A stretch of 63,897 bases of DNA, counting the filler, from Rozella allomycis CSF55 (lineage: Eukaryota): assembly GCA_000442015.1 (NCBI GenBank). It is 5 parts of 5 records of this genome, joined end to end, with 100 filler letters (N's around TTAATTAATTAA, not from the genome) between each part and the next. Parts side by side here need not be neighbours in the genome. Positions count along the whole stretch, not along the records: positions 1 to 16,128 come from KE561101.1; 4 more parts are not named here. The stretch is one strand, 5' to 3'. Below are positions 1 to 12,149 of the stretch, piece after piece. Position 1 is the first letter of the stretch; every line of letters begins with the position of its first letter. The translations under genes and the position numbers were made by a program. The notes below the pieces were generated by a model. That model worked only from the letters and a program-made list of their open reading frames with translations. It had not been told where the DNA came from and ran no database searches.

Positions 1-1
1 G

Positions 2-475
2 GCCGGTCAATGTTTGGAAATAACAAAAGATGGTACGCTTACACTTGCTGGATGTGATGACAAGAAAGAAGAACAGTTATTGATGTACGGAAGTGAAAAT
101 ATTCCGGTCAATCTTAAAAGCGAAAAGGGGAAAATTAAAGACAAAAAATTCGTGTTCAAACCGCTATTTCAAGTAAAGACTGAAAAGGGTGATCAATGTG
201 TAAGACATGACGCGTCTATCGGCACTTGTGACGATCTAAGTGTTTTTAAGCCATACAAAACTAAACTCAGTGAAATGGAAAGAGAAATCCTTATTCAACC
301 CATGACAGGAAAAAGTGATGGTCAATGCGTAGCATTTGTCGATAAATCATGGAAATTAGAAAAATGTGATACTAACTCAAGTAAATCATTCACTGAAGCA
401 CAGGTATTCATGAACGATAAGGATCCAGTGAACATTGAGGGCAGCAAATACATTTTCGCATTTCTTGGCATATAA
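2..475 (+). CDS. Ricin B-type (beta-trefoil) lectin-like protein, 5' partial
   Basis: Frame open from base 2. Three similar Cys-paired sub-repeats: GQCLEITKDGTLTLAGCD, DQCVRHDASIGTCD, GQCVAFVDKSWKLEKCD. Confidence 0.55.
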   Translation, partial: AGQCLEITKDGTLTLAGCDDKKEEQLLMYGSENIPVNLKSEKGKIKDKKFVFKPLFQVKTEKGDQCVRHDASIGTCDDLSVFKPYKTKLSEMEREILIQPMTGKSDGQCVAFVDKSWKLEKCDTNSSKSFTEAQVFMNDKDPVNIEGSKYIFAFLGI

Positions 476-647
476 TAAAGTACATTTTTGACAACTGAGT
501 GTATAAAATTTTGTTTTTAATCGATCTAAACTCTCTACGCTGTGCCTTCTCAATAATACTATAAAAGTAACTAATCCATTAGTCAAGAACCCAATAATAA
601 TCCTTAGAGTGCAATTAAATAAAGTATAAATTTATATTTTTATTGAA

Positions 648-3600
648 TTACCAACAAATGCTTTTAATGAAGGAATTGTAGGGGAATCTCCTTGCCAGAT
701 ACTTTTTGAGTTCGTCTACGAGTAAAATAATACATCCAGCGACAAGCGGAAGAACAAAGCACCACCAATTAACAGGACGGGTGTTCATGTAAATATTGAA
801 GAATGGAACATATGAAACAAGTAATGCAATGATTATTTCCGCTAGAGGGTAAAGGAGAATAGAAAAATGAAATGTTTGTTTAAAAATGGATTGGTACCTC
901 GTTCTAACTGAAAGTAAGTTCCATAGCTGGGTCATTATCAAAGAGACAAAGAATGACGTTTGGGCATAGTAAAGAGCTTCTGTTTGTTCCGAAGCGGTTC
1001 TTCCACCGTAGCCGTCTGTTCCAAACTGCTCATAAGCGAATAAAAGCTGTGAAGGGGTGAACTGTAGTCTATTGAACATTACCATGAAAAAGATGATGAA
1101 AGCCATTAACGACTCTAGGATACCGACTTGGAAATATCCAATGAGAATCATTTTGATGTCAACTAAATTCTCTTTGTTTGGATTCCTTGGCTTTCTTTTC
1201 ATTATATTTATTTCAGGAGGTTCCTTAACTAAGGCAAGACTTCCAATGACATCAGTAAGAACACAAATAACAATCATCAAGAATGGCGAGAGAGCCAAAG
1301 GCAAACCAAGAAATACGAGTGCCAATACTGGTAATATTTCTGAAAAACTTCCAGCAGGCAAAAGATAGATAATAACTTTTTTCAAATTTTCAAAAACAAC
1401 GCGCCCAATTTCAATACCCTTGACAATGCCTAGAAAATCTTCTGAAAGTAAAATCATGTCTGCTGCATCTTGACTCACTTGTGTTCCAACTATTCCCATG
1501 GCTATGCCAACATCANATAAGCGAATAAAAGCTGTGAAGGGGTGAACTGTAGTCTATTGAACATTACCATGAAAAAGATGATGAAAGCCATTAACGACTC
1601 TAGGATACCGACTTGGAAATATCCAATGAGAATCATTTTGATGTCAACTAAATTCTCTTTGTTTGGATTCCTTGGCTTTCTTTTCATTATATTTATTTCA
1701 GGAGGCTCCTTAACTAAGGCAAGACTTCCAATGACATCTGTAAGCACACAAATAACAATCATCAAGAATGGCGAGAGAGCTAAAGGCAACCCAAGAAAGA
1801 CGAGAGCCAACACTGGTAATATTTCTGAAAAACTTCCAGCGGGTAAAAGATAAATAATAACTTTTTTCAAATTTTCAAAAACAACGCGCCCAATTTCAAT
1901 ACCCTTGACAATACCTAGAAAATCTTCTGAAAGTAAAATCATGTCTGCCGCATCTTGACTCACTTGTGTTCCAACTATTCCCATGGCTATTCCAACATCA
2001 GCTTGTCTCATAGCTGGCGCATCGTTTAATCCATCGCCAGTAACCTATCATTGAAACAAGAATATTTATTTACAGTAACTCTTTCTCCTCTTCTTTGCAG
2101 TTGTTTAACGATTTCTAATTTATGTTGTGGAGTTGTTCTAGCAAAGACAATTTGTTCATACGATAAAACATTATCCCAATCTGAATCTTCCAATAAAGCA
2201 ATATCGTTTCCAGTTATAACAATCCCTTCTTTGATTAATTTTCTGTTATCGTAAGGGTTAACAGATGCAGTAAAAGGTCTTTTGTACCAAGGTGCTGAAT
2301 GAGTAGCAGAGTTTGTAGTAAATCTAGATTCTGCTGAAGTAATTCTTTCTTGAATTTGAGAAACGGATAAAACGTTAGAATTGTGGTCCATTAAGCCAAC
2401 AGACTTTGCAAAGGAAACAGCAGTGCTTGGATGGTCTCCAGTGACCATAAATACTCTAACGCCAGCTTTTCTACATTTTATTATTGCTTCTTTGACATTT
2501 GGTCTTGGTGGATCATAAATTGTGGTAAAGCCTAAAAAGATTAAATCTTTCAGAATTTCAGATTCGCCACTTTCAGGGGTTATGTTTTCTGAACTTTCAA
2601 TTTCTCTGTATGCCATCGCTACAATTCTCTGTCCTTGTGAAGCAAATTCTTCATTGTCTTTCAATACAGCCATTTTCAATTCATCAGTTAATTCAATTCT
2701 TTCACTTGAATATTCAATGTACACAGCAAAAGACAAGAGAATTTCTAAAGCTCCTTTGATGAAAATAACTCTTTCATTTTCTTTTGTTTCATGAAAAGAT
2801 AAATGATATTTTCTACGAGAACTAAAAGGAATTTCAGCAATTTTTGGAAACAAAGAAGAAAATTCAAAATAAGAAGCTTTTGTTTGTATTGCTTGAATGA
2901 TTGCATCTTCAGTAGCATTTGCAGCAGAAATTTTCCCATCGGTTGTTAAATTTGAAGAAGTACAAAGCAAACCAACTCTACAAAGCCAAGAAACGTTGCT
3001 GCTTTCAGCGATATTTATTTTCAAATCTTCAGTTGGAATAATTTTCATTCCTGAATTTTCATAAACTATAAATCTATTAACAGTCATTTTATTCATTGAT
3101 AGAGTGCCAGTCTTGTCAGATGCAATTACTGTTGTAGATCCAAGTGATTCAACAGATGGCAATTTCTTAACAATTAAATTATACCCTTTCATCTTCTCAG
3201 CTACAATCGTCAACGAAGCTATCANTCAATGAAGCTATCATAGCAATGGGAAGTCCATCAGGAATAAACGCAACAATCACAGCAACACAACAAGTAAGAA
3301 AAATACTCAAAGATAAGAAATTCGGTCTTGTAGGTCGAATCCCAAAATACCAAATTAAAAATAACGTCACAGATGTCACAATCGCTAATGTTCCAATAAT
3401 CTTTACAAATCTTGTGACTTCAGTTTTAAATGATGATGATTTGGGTGCTGATTTAGAAGCAATAAATGCAATTCTTCCCATCACAGTGTTTTCACCTGTT
3501 TGAACAACAAGCCCTTTAACGCTCCCTTCAGCCAACAAACATCCAAGAAACGCCATGTTTGTGCTTTCATAAAAATTTCTATCGCTCGCTTCAACAGTCA

Positions 3601-4477
3601 TATTAATCAACTCTGGCTCGCCTGTCAACGACGACTTTTCACATCTCGCACTCTTCTGTTCTATTATTCTTAAATCAGCTGGAAAATTAGATCCAGAATC
3701 CACTTGAACTATATCTCCAACATACAGATCTGTTGATGGCACTTCAATCCATTCAGAATTTCTAAGTACTTTGCAATTAATCGGAATCATTTCATTAAAA
3801 TTCTTCATCAAATTCTGTGTTTGGATTTGCTTGATAAACGAAAACGTTGTACTAGAAAAAATAACAATGATCAAAACAATCCCAAGAACAAGATCATATT
3901 TATCTCCTCCCAACACTCCCCACGACACAAAGCATAAAATTACTCCAAACCACAACGCAATTGAAAACCCTCCAACAAGCTCCTCCAAATAAGAAACAAA
4001 CAAAGACTTTTGCTTCACTGTTATTATATTATTTTTATTCTCATTCTTCCTCTTTTCTTGCAACTGTGAATCCAATAATCCCACATTCGCATCAACCTGA
4101 AATTTAGCCAGCAAATTTTCTATAGAATCCAAATGAAGGGTTTTATTCGCTTCATCATTCACAATCTCATTGTTTTCCGGTGGTTTGGAAAACAACCTCT
4201 TCCAAATAGACAACTTTTTCTCCTTCACACTCACAATATCCATAACTGATGATTTTCTCTTCTCTTTGCCAAAGTCACTCATTCTATTAGACGGTATTTC
4301 AAGACTCAATGTTCTCTTCTTGGCATAGCGCTTTCCTCTCTGCTTTTCTAAAATGTTTTGGATTTCAGCGGCCACAGAATGATACACTACATTTATGGTA
4401 TAGTATTTTCGTGTCAGAGGAATCACGAAATTGTGAAATGTTGAAGAGGACGATGAAGAGTCGTCGTCAAATTTCAT
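648..4477 (-). CDS. P-type IIC (Na+/K+-ATPase-related, fungal ACU-like) cation-transporting ATPase
   Basis: SSLTGE, DKTGT, FSSRRK, KGA, DPPR, TGDHP, FARTTP and TGDGLND (the last after a 29-nt intron at 2045-2073). M5 reads YLLPAGSFSE. About 480 bp is duplicated across the n at 1516. Start codon uncertain. Confidence 0.92.
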
Positions 4478-4767
4478 TTCGAGGTTGGCGAAATTTCAAA
4501 ACAATCCAAAGAACTTTTACGCTGTCCAGAAAATATACTTTCGCGCATATAATTTTTTAGAAAACGATAAATGTATTTCTTTCCTCTTTGAGAAGCCGGC
4601 GAGAACGAATTTGTGATGATAATGTTACTGAACTTGAAAGAAAAATAAATCGCTTTTCCTTTTGTTAATCAAGTTAATACTCTATTATAAGTTTCCAACA
4701 TCCGATAAAGATTTGGCATCAAAACATTTTTCAATGCTTAAATGTTTACCGGGGTGTTTAAATTGCA

Positions 4768-5924
<1,157 letters not shown>

Positions 5925-5972
5925 ATAATTCAAAGATTTAGATCTAAAAAAATTCACTACCCCTGCAATACA

Positions 5973-6838
5973 ATGAAGTTTTTTGTTTTTTGTGTTTGTC
6001 TGCTTTTTCTTCAAACAAGTAGAGCAAGTTTAAGTTTTGGTTCCTCTTCTTCAAGTGGCTCTGAATCTGAGCCATATTATGTTAAAGATCTTTCGAACTA
6101 TGCCAGTGCACCTGACTCTGACCTAGCAAAAATACTTCGTTATCATAAAATATTCTATGTTTTACCTCGTAAGATAGTTATAAACTTGTAATAGCACCGG
6201 GTGCCGTTGAAGTGAAAAAAGCTGCGGGCGAATTCGACAAAATAATTACCACAATTTTTAGGCCAGATTTAGAAAGGCCAAATATGTGGTCTCCCAGAGA
6301 ATTCCATAATTTAATTGACTTGGCCCGTGATACATATTCTTCAGTCTTTTCCTTTGTAGCGGGGTCAATTCAATCTCCGTTAGTTATGTTCCACAATATA
6401 AAAAACCGTGGCATTCATACATTGAAAAGCATAGAGAAAGTCTTAAATATGAAACAGGATTTGGGAACCTGGAGACAAAATTATGCGCTGATGCAGCAAG
6501 TTTATGGTTTTTATTCATCATCTATTCCAAGGAAGCATTCTATGGAGTTATATGTCCTTCAAAAATATTTAGAGACTTATAAATCTACGGCAGGCGCTAT
6601 TAAAGGAACGCTTGAGATTAAACAAGACAGCCCACTATTCCGCATCAATTCAGAAAAGTTTGATATTTCTCTAGTGCTACAGTTTATCAGGTCCACCGAT
6701 ATGTTAGCCAAAGCCTTTAAAAATTACGGTTACTCTATGGCACAGATTGATTTCGATGTTGTAAATATCGAAGAAGCAGAAAAGGTTTCGCGTGAAATGC
6801 TTATAGAAATAGCCCAAAAGTCAAAACGTAGCCTCTAA
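5973..6838 (+). CDS. Hypothetical secreted protein
   Basis: Signal peptide MKFFVFCVCLLFLQTSRA. A 26-nt GT-AG intron (6169-6194) joins the two ORFs in frame. Confidence 0.75.
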
Positions 6839-6923
6839 AGTTTATTTTGCAGCCAAGTGCGAGGAATTTATAAATGAAATTAAAATTATTGTAGAATAAA
6901 CATTGAATAATATCTTATATAGA

Positions 6924-8332
6924 TTATATCTTTATTTCAATGTTATCTCCGGCAGTTTTGGCTAAAATTGGTAAAAGTGAGACTTTGCAATCAAATGGTG
7001 AAGGTGAAATCAATTCATATAAAATAAATGTGTTGTTCAGGATATTTTCTGCCAAGGGAAAATTTACATTCTTTACGCTTGATTCAAGTAGTGGGAGAAC
7101 CTAAGACTTGATGTGTTGATACTAACCCTTACCTTATCTGAAATACCGAGATACAAATTGCATAATGCTATGTTATTGTAACACTATTGTTTCTTTCAGT
7201 TGTGAAATCTTACTTGTTCATGTATCCCTGTCTTTGTTGATAAATTTCCCCATAATACCGCAGCTTCATCAAATTTACCCATGCACATTTGAAGTAGTGC
7301 CCTAAAATAACTTTATACAAGTAGTACTTGTTAGCCAAATCGAGAGATGTGCATGTTAAAGAGGAGCCTCCAGTACAAAGTTGAAAGTGTTGCTGTGCGT
7401 TTTTAACATCACCAGTCTTTAATTCCTACGATTAAAAAACATTACATTTAAATAAATTCTTCCAACTAAAGAATGAAGATAGTAATAATCGTCTGATTCT
7501 ACTACAACTTCAACCCTTTTCAAGGCAGCAATTGCTAACGACGGTTCCTATATTAGTCTAGAATTTAACTTACCTTTAACAATACTAGTATCTGTGATAA
7601 TGAAACATACACATATTTAAGATGCCCTTCATTCCCTCCTTTCAGAACGCTGGTCAATTCCACATGCCTATCCATTGCCTCGAATGGTCTGTTTAAATAA
7701 TATGGCAATTGAGCATGTATAAGACAAATCTCAAAATTAAATAAGTTGTTTTCCATAATTTCACGATATGTATTGTCAAAGTAGCCAAGTCGGTCAATTT
7801 CTTCTTGAACAATCCTATATTGCTTTAGTTTAAACAGGCCAAAAAATCTATGCACCCATAGCTTTAAGATAACCTGCGTTTCTGATTTTGAGGACGAAGT
7901 AATCAAGGCTTGTGCAAGCTTTGCATATGCTCTCCAACAGTTAGATTTCTTGAAGAAATTGAAAATAGAAAATTACGGCTAGTATCACAAAACCTTCCTC
8001 AGAGAGCGGTACATCATTGACGCCCAATAGTTTGCGATTGGCCAAAAGAGATGGATTTCGCAAGGTAAGTAATTCAGAAGTTGGATCCCTCTTTAAAATT
8101 CATTTAATGGGTATCTTACAAAAGGTACTCTGGAAAATGACTCGGAAGAGGATAGATTTATCAGCAATTTTGTTGGTGAACTAATCGATTTTCGTATAGT
8201 TTGTGCCTGTGGATCGACAGATGGATTTATTTTAATCTTCAGGTCTTGTTCAATATTTAAATGTTCCATTTCTTTTGAGAGTGTTAAAGGATCAAAGTCA
8301 TCCAAAATATCTTGCGATGTGGATCCTTCCAT
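6924..8332 (-). CDS. TRAPPC12: TRAPPC12-like TPR protein
   Basis: Spliced across 7 tiny introns. Segments WRAYAKLA, LKLWVHRFFGLFKL, FEICLIHAQLPYY, YNNIALCNLYLG and a C-terminal ILYEL...AGD resemble TRAPPC12/TTC15. Confidence 0.7.
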
Positions 8333-8705
8333 GTAACCAATTTATCAAACTCCGACAAATTTAATTAAATTTGAGGCATTACCTCAAATTGTAATCTTTG
8401 ATATAACAGAAATTCACTCGGCATATCCAGTCAAGATTCACAGGTTATCGTCATCGTTGATCGTACAGACTCATAGTATCATACGTTGCTATTCGGACAA
8501 AACTCCCTTTGTAAATGTAATAAAAGCAATTATTAACATTTATTAGTTTATTTTAGTTCGAATAGCGATGAGGATTCGTAAAAAACTCTGCGATTGCAAT
8601 TCTTGTGTTTGTTTACAAAATCTGTTTCGAAATTCCCGACGAAATGTTTGTTTATGTTTCAGTTTTATATTTGTTTATCTAAGAAAATCGATCAATTCCC
8701 CACCC

Positions 8706-8713
8706 TATAAATA
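8706..8713 (+). promoter_or_regulatory. TATA box
   Basis: TATAAATA about 40 bp upstream of the ATG at 8750, followed by a pyrimidine-rich stretch. Confidence 0.45.
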
Positions 8714-8749
8714 CGGGCTCGATTTCCTCCCCCAACCAAAATCAAAACA

Positions 8750-9786
8750 ATGAAACTCTCCATCTTCCTCGCTCAAACTCTAGCTACTCTGATCGCATCC
8801 AAAACTGTCTTGACTGTTACTGACGATGCAAAGCCTACCCTTCCAAAGGCTGATGTTGTTGTAGCTCTCTCTTCATTTAACAGCTTTCAAGTATCCATCG
8901 GAGGAGAACAGGTCAAAGGCGGTCCTACAGGAAATAAGCTTGCATTAATTGCCCACAACAACGCTGATAGTCTTGATGAACCATTTGTGGTGTCTTTGGA
9001 AGCGCAAGAGGCCGCTGACCGTCAAGGAGTCGCATATGCAGTGTTCTTGAAAGGAAAGCTCATTTCAGTTTCAGGTGACGGACTTTGGATCTCAGATTCA
9101 TCTTTGGGTGCTGATGTTGGGAACTGGACTACTGATATTGATGTTTTTCTTCCTGCTTCATGGAATTTGGCTGAAACTTGCGATGCGGTATCTCAGTCCG
9201 TTGATGCATTAAGCAAACTACAAAGACTTGCAAATAGTGACGTTCTCAGCTATGTTTATCCAAAAGGTTGCTCAAGCGCAAGTGATGCAGCATTCAGATT
9301 CATTGTCGATCCAAAATTGTTCATTGACGGCGTTTCTNAAACTGGACTACTGATATTGATGTTTATCTTCCAGCTTCATGGAAATTGGTTGAAGCTTGCG
9401 ATGCAGTGTCTCAATCCGGCGATGCATTAAGAAGGTTACAAAGACTTGCAAACAGTGATGTTCTCAGCTATGTTTATCCAAAAGGTTGTTCAAGCGAAAG
9501 TGATGCAGCATTCAGATACATTGTTGATCCAAAATTGTTCTTGGACGGATCCAACAGAATCAAACGCTGCAGTCCATCAAGAAATCAAGTGATTNGGGGT
9601 ACTACTGAATTTGATTTCGTGAATGATAACCAATGCCTCACTGCTAAAACATACATTTCATCGTGGAATGGTAACGACTATGGTGATGAATGTGTTGTAT
9701 TGAATCCTGGAAAGATCGGTGCTTTAACTAAAGTCGATTGCAGGTCAAAATATCGTGCTCTTTGCAAGAAGATCCTAGTTGAATAA
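8750..9786 (+). CDS. Secreted protein with C-terminal C-type-lectin-like domain
   Basis: Signal peptide. C-terminus YISSWNGNDYGDECVVL...VDCRSKYRALC. Internal duplication at n 9338 and a further junction at n 9595. Confidence 0.6.
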
Positions 9787-9985
9787 AAGTGCTAAAGCCA
9801 TTGTATTGTAAATAATTAAAAAATAAATTTTGAAATCCTTTTAGACAGTTTTTTATCATCGAAAGCAATGTCAATCGGCACCATCGAAACATGTACAGGG
9901 CGGGTAATAGACTTGACCAATGGTCGTCGAATTATCATAAGATGTGTTTATAGTCTAAGTATATTAGGTTTATTAATTTAATGCT

Positions 9986-11080
9986 TCATTGGACGTCATA
10001 TTTTTCGAGTATATCATCAATCAACATTCTTTCTTTTTCGGAAAACTGATAGCCGTACTCTTCCATAATATTAACCGCGTTTAAAAGTTTATTTGCAGAC
10101 AAATCAGGCAGTGAACATAGATTTGCAAAGACATTTCTTTTATGTACCATATATTTGATCAAGAACTCTATTAAAACGGTACAATTAGCTTTTAAAGCTA
10201 TCGCTAGCGAATTATAATCGGGCTGGTAAAAATTCGCATTTAAAATATAACAGGCCAAGTTTATTTTACCCGAATTAACAGACGCTTCATATAAACGTTG
10301 AAAAAAGTCTTCATTTTTTGAGTTTTTGAACAATTTAAATACTGATACAGGAAAGGCCTCTCTTTTTACTATATCCTGTAAAATTTGGTCTTTAAATTGA
10401 ATATTCTGTATTAAAACAGGAAAAATATGAAACAAAGAATTCTCCAAAGCGATTGAAGAAATGTCGTGTATTGTTGTCATTTTGTATTCGACAAAAAATG
10501 TTAGAACATTGATAGCAGAATTTTCTATAGCCCATTTTATATCAAAGCTTTGTATATCAGTAGGTATTAGCTGCATTATCAAATACTGCAACTTGGATAC
10601 ATTATCTTGTTTAATGCAATGCGAAATGGCAAACGGTATAAGAATCGGAGAATGATTCAAGATTATGGTTACCGGATTATTGCTTGTCTGCCTTAATGCC
10701 AAGACGGCATGTTGGCCTTTTACTTCTAGTAAACCCTGGGATAGAATGTAATGAAGCCCTGCGCTGTTACCGCTATTGATCGCATTTTTAAATAATATAT
10801 CGATTGTAATCTTATTGTTTCTTCCATATTTGAGAAATATGTTTAGCATTTGGTTTGGATTGTTTAAGGCTCGAAAAAAGTCATCATCGTGAACTCTAAT
10901 GTTGTAATTTTTAAGAAGAAACTTCATAAATTCGAAATTGTTATCTTGTATTGAAAGAGAATACACGCGGATCAATGCGTCATTTTTGTTGTTCAATCTG
11001 TTCAGTAAATGATTAAATGGCTTCTTCCAATTTTGTATATAGAAGTATTCAACCAAAGTAATTGCAGATGTTTCACCTTC
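9986..11080 (-). CDS. Ankyrin-like helical repeat protein, 5' truncated at n 11081
   Basis: Repeated AI-x-x-(G/N)-x3-L-x-(Y/F)-L units (NAINSGNSAGLHYIL, WAIENSAINVLTFF, ASVNSGKINLACYIL). Intronless. Confidence 0.55.
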   Translation of the reverse strand, partial: EGETSAITLVEYFYIQNWKKPFNHLLNRLNNKNDALIRVYSLSIQDNNFEFMKFLLKNYNIRVHDDDFFRALNNPNQMLNIFLKYGRNNKITIDILFKNAINSGNSAGLHYILSQGLLEVKGQHAVLALRQTSNNPVTIILNHSPILIPFAISHCIKQDNVSKLQYLIMQLIPTDIQSFDIKWAIENSAINVLTFFVEYKMTTIHDISSIALENSLFHIFPVLIQNIQFKDQILQDIVKREAFPVSVFKLFKNSKNEDFFQRLYEASVNSGKINLACYILNANFYQPDYNSLAIALKANCTVLIEFLIKYMVHKRNVFANLCSLPDLSANKLLNAVNIMEEYGYQFSEKERMLIDDILEKYDVQ

Positions 11081-11082
11081 NC

Positions 11083-11240
11083 AATGTGTGTCAGAAGATA
11101 AGGTTTACATTTCATCATGGAATGGAAATGACTATGACGAGAAATGCATTGTGTTGAATTCAGGAAAAACCGGTGCATTGACTGAAGTAAATTGCAACGC
11201 CAAGTATCGCGCTCTTTGCAAAAAGATCTTGGTTGAATAA
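11083..11240 (+). CDS. 3' fragment of a second copy of the C-type-lectin-like gene
   Basis: Translates as QCVSEDKVYISSWNGNDYDEKCIVLNSGKTGALTEVNCNAKYRALCKKILVE*, homologous to 9631-9786. Confidence 0.8.
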
Positions 11241-11359
11241 GCAAATTCAGAGTTTGTATAATATTGTAAATAAATGTATACTTTGACAATTCTTTTTAAT
11301 GAACTAATACTATGCACATTCTTATGCAAAATCTTTTAGACACTTTCCAAACTTTCTCG

Positions 11360-11845
11360 TTATTCATTGTAAAAATTTTGGATCATCGCCTTTAAATACA
11401 AATTAGGCTCCACCTTGCTAAGTACATGAGCGCCGCGCAGTTCAACCATTTCCTGAGTCATAGCACAAGGTCTGCAAAAGCAGCTAACTATCCAATCCTT
11501 CCAAAACTTGCCCTTAATTTTCTTCACTTCTCTTAGCCGCCGTCTTTGATGTGCGTGCATGAGATTGCAGAAAACTTCATTGCAAAAGCACGAACAAATG
11601 TAGCTTTGAATGCAGTCGTCGCCTGTTAACCTTTCGCGATTTTTGGCATAACCAAAGGCAGAGTTTGTGGATAAAATGCAAAATTGGGCTTGGTCAGAGT
11701 CTGAAAAAAAATTATGGAAAAGTGGTGTTTGCCAAGTGTTATTCTCACTGTTAGATTCTAGTAAAGGTACGGGGGTGTGTCTGGCTTGAATCCATAAATT
11801 TGGGATATGTAAAGGTTCTGGTTCATTAATAAGTACTTTACTCAT
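11360..11845 (-). CDS. PLAC8-family Cys-rich protein
   Basis: WQTPLF start, RRRLREVKKIKG...DWIVSCFCRPCAMTQE signature. Confidence 0.8.
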   Translation of the reverse strand: MSKVLINEPEPLHIPNLWIQARHTPVPLLESNSENNTWQTPLFHNFFSDSDQAQFCILSTNSAFGYAKNRERLTGDDCIQSYICSCFCNEVFCNLMHAHQRRRLREVKKIKGKFWKDWIVSCFCRPCAMTQEMVELRGAHVLSKVEPNLYLKAMIQNFYNE

Positions 11846-11994
11846 TTGACAGTGGCTTGTGTCGTGCTTAAATACCTCGGATAAATACAACTTGGAAATT
11901 ACTTAAAAAATCTTTATTTCAATAAACCCTGGTTCTTCTAGGACTTATAGTTTCTTCACTTTTTAAGTTCTTAAACCATATTTTTCCTAGAGTA

Positions 11995-12148
11995 ATGATC
12001 GAAAATAAGTATGAAATTGTTAAGCGTCGTGCTAACGACCTACGTAACCAAATGTTCGAGGCTCTCGATGCCAAAGACAAAACCGATCGTGCAAACGAAG
12101 CGGAATATCTTATCGTGACTCAACGTTACCAAACGGTAAAAGCTGAGC
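11995..12148 (+). CDS. Unidentified coding fragment cut by n junction
   Basis: Open frame MIENKYEIVKRRANDLRNQMF... up to n 12149; no recognisable motif. Confidence 0.3.
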
Positions 12149-12149
12149 N

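Noticed and set aside
1057-1853. Duplicated 103-aa + strand ORFs
   Set aside because: Antisense shadows of the ATPase transmembrane region.
4538-4546. E2F-like TTTCGCGC in a divergent promoter; also TGCGAACATGG shared near 15030 and 18152
   Set aside because: Too short and too few instances to distinguish from chance without genome-wide enrichment testing.
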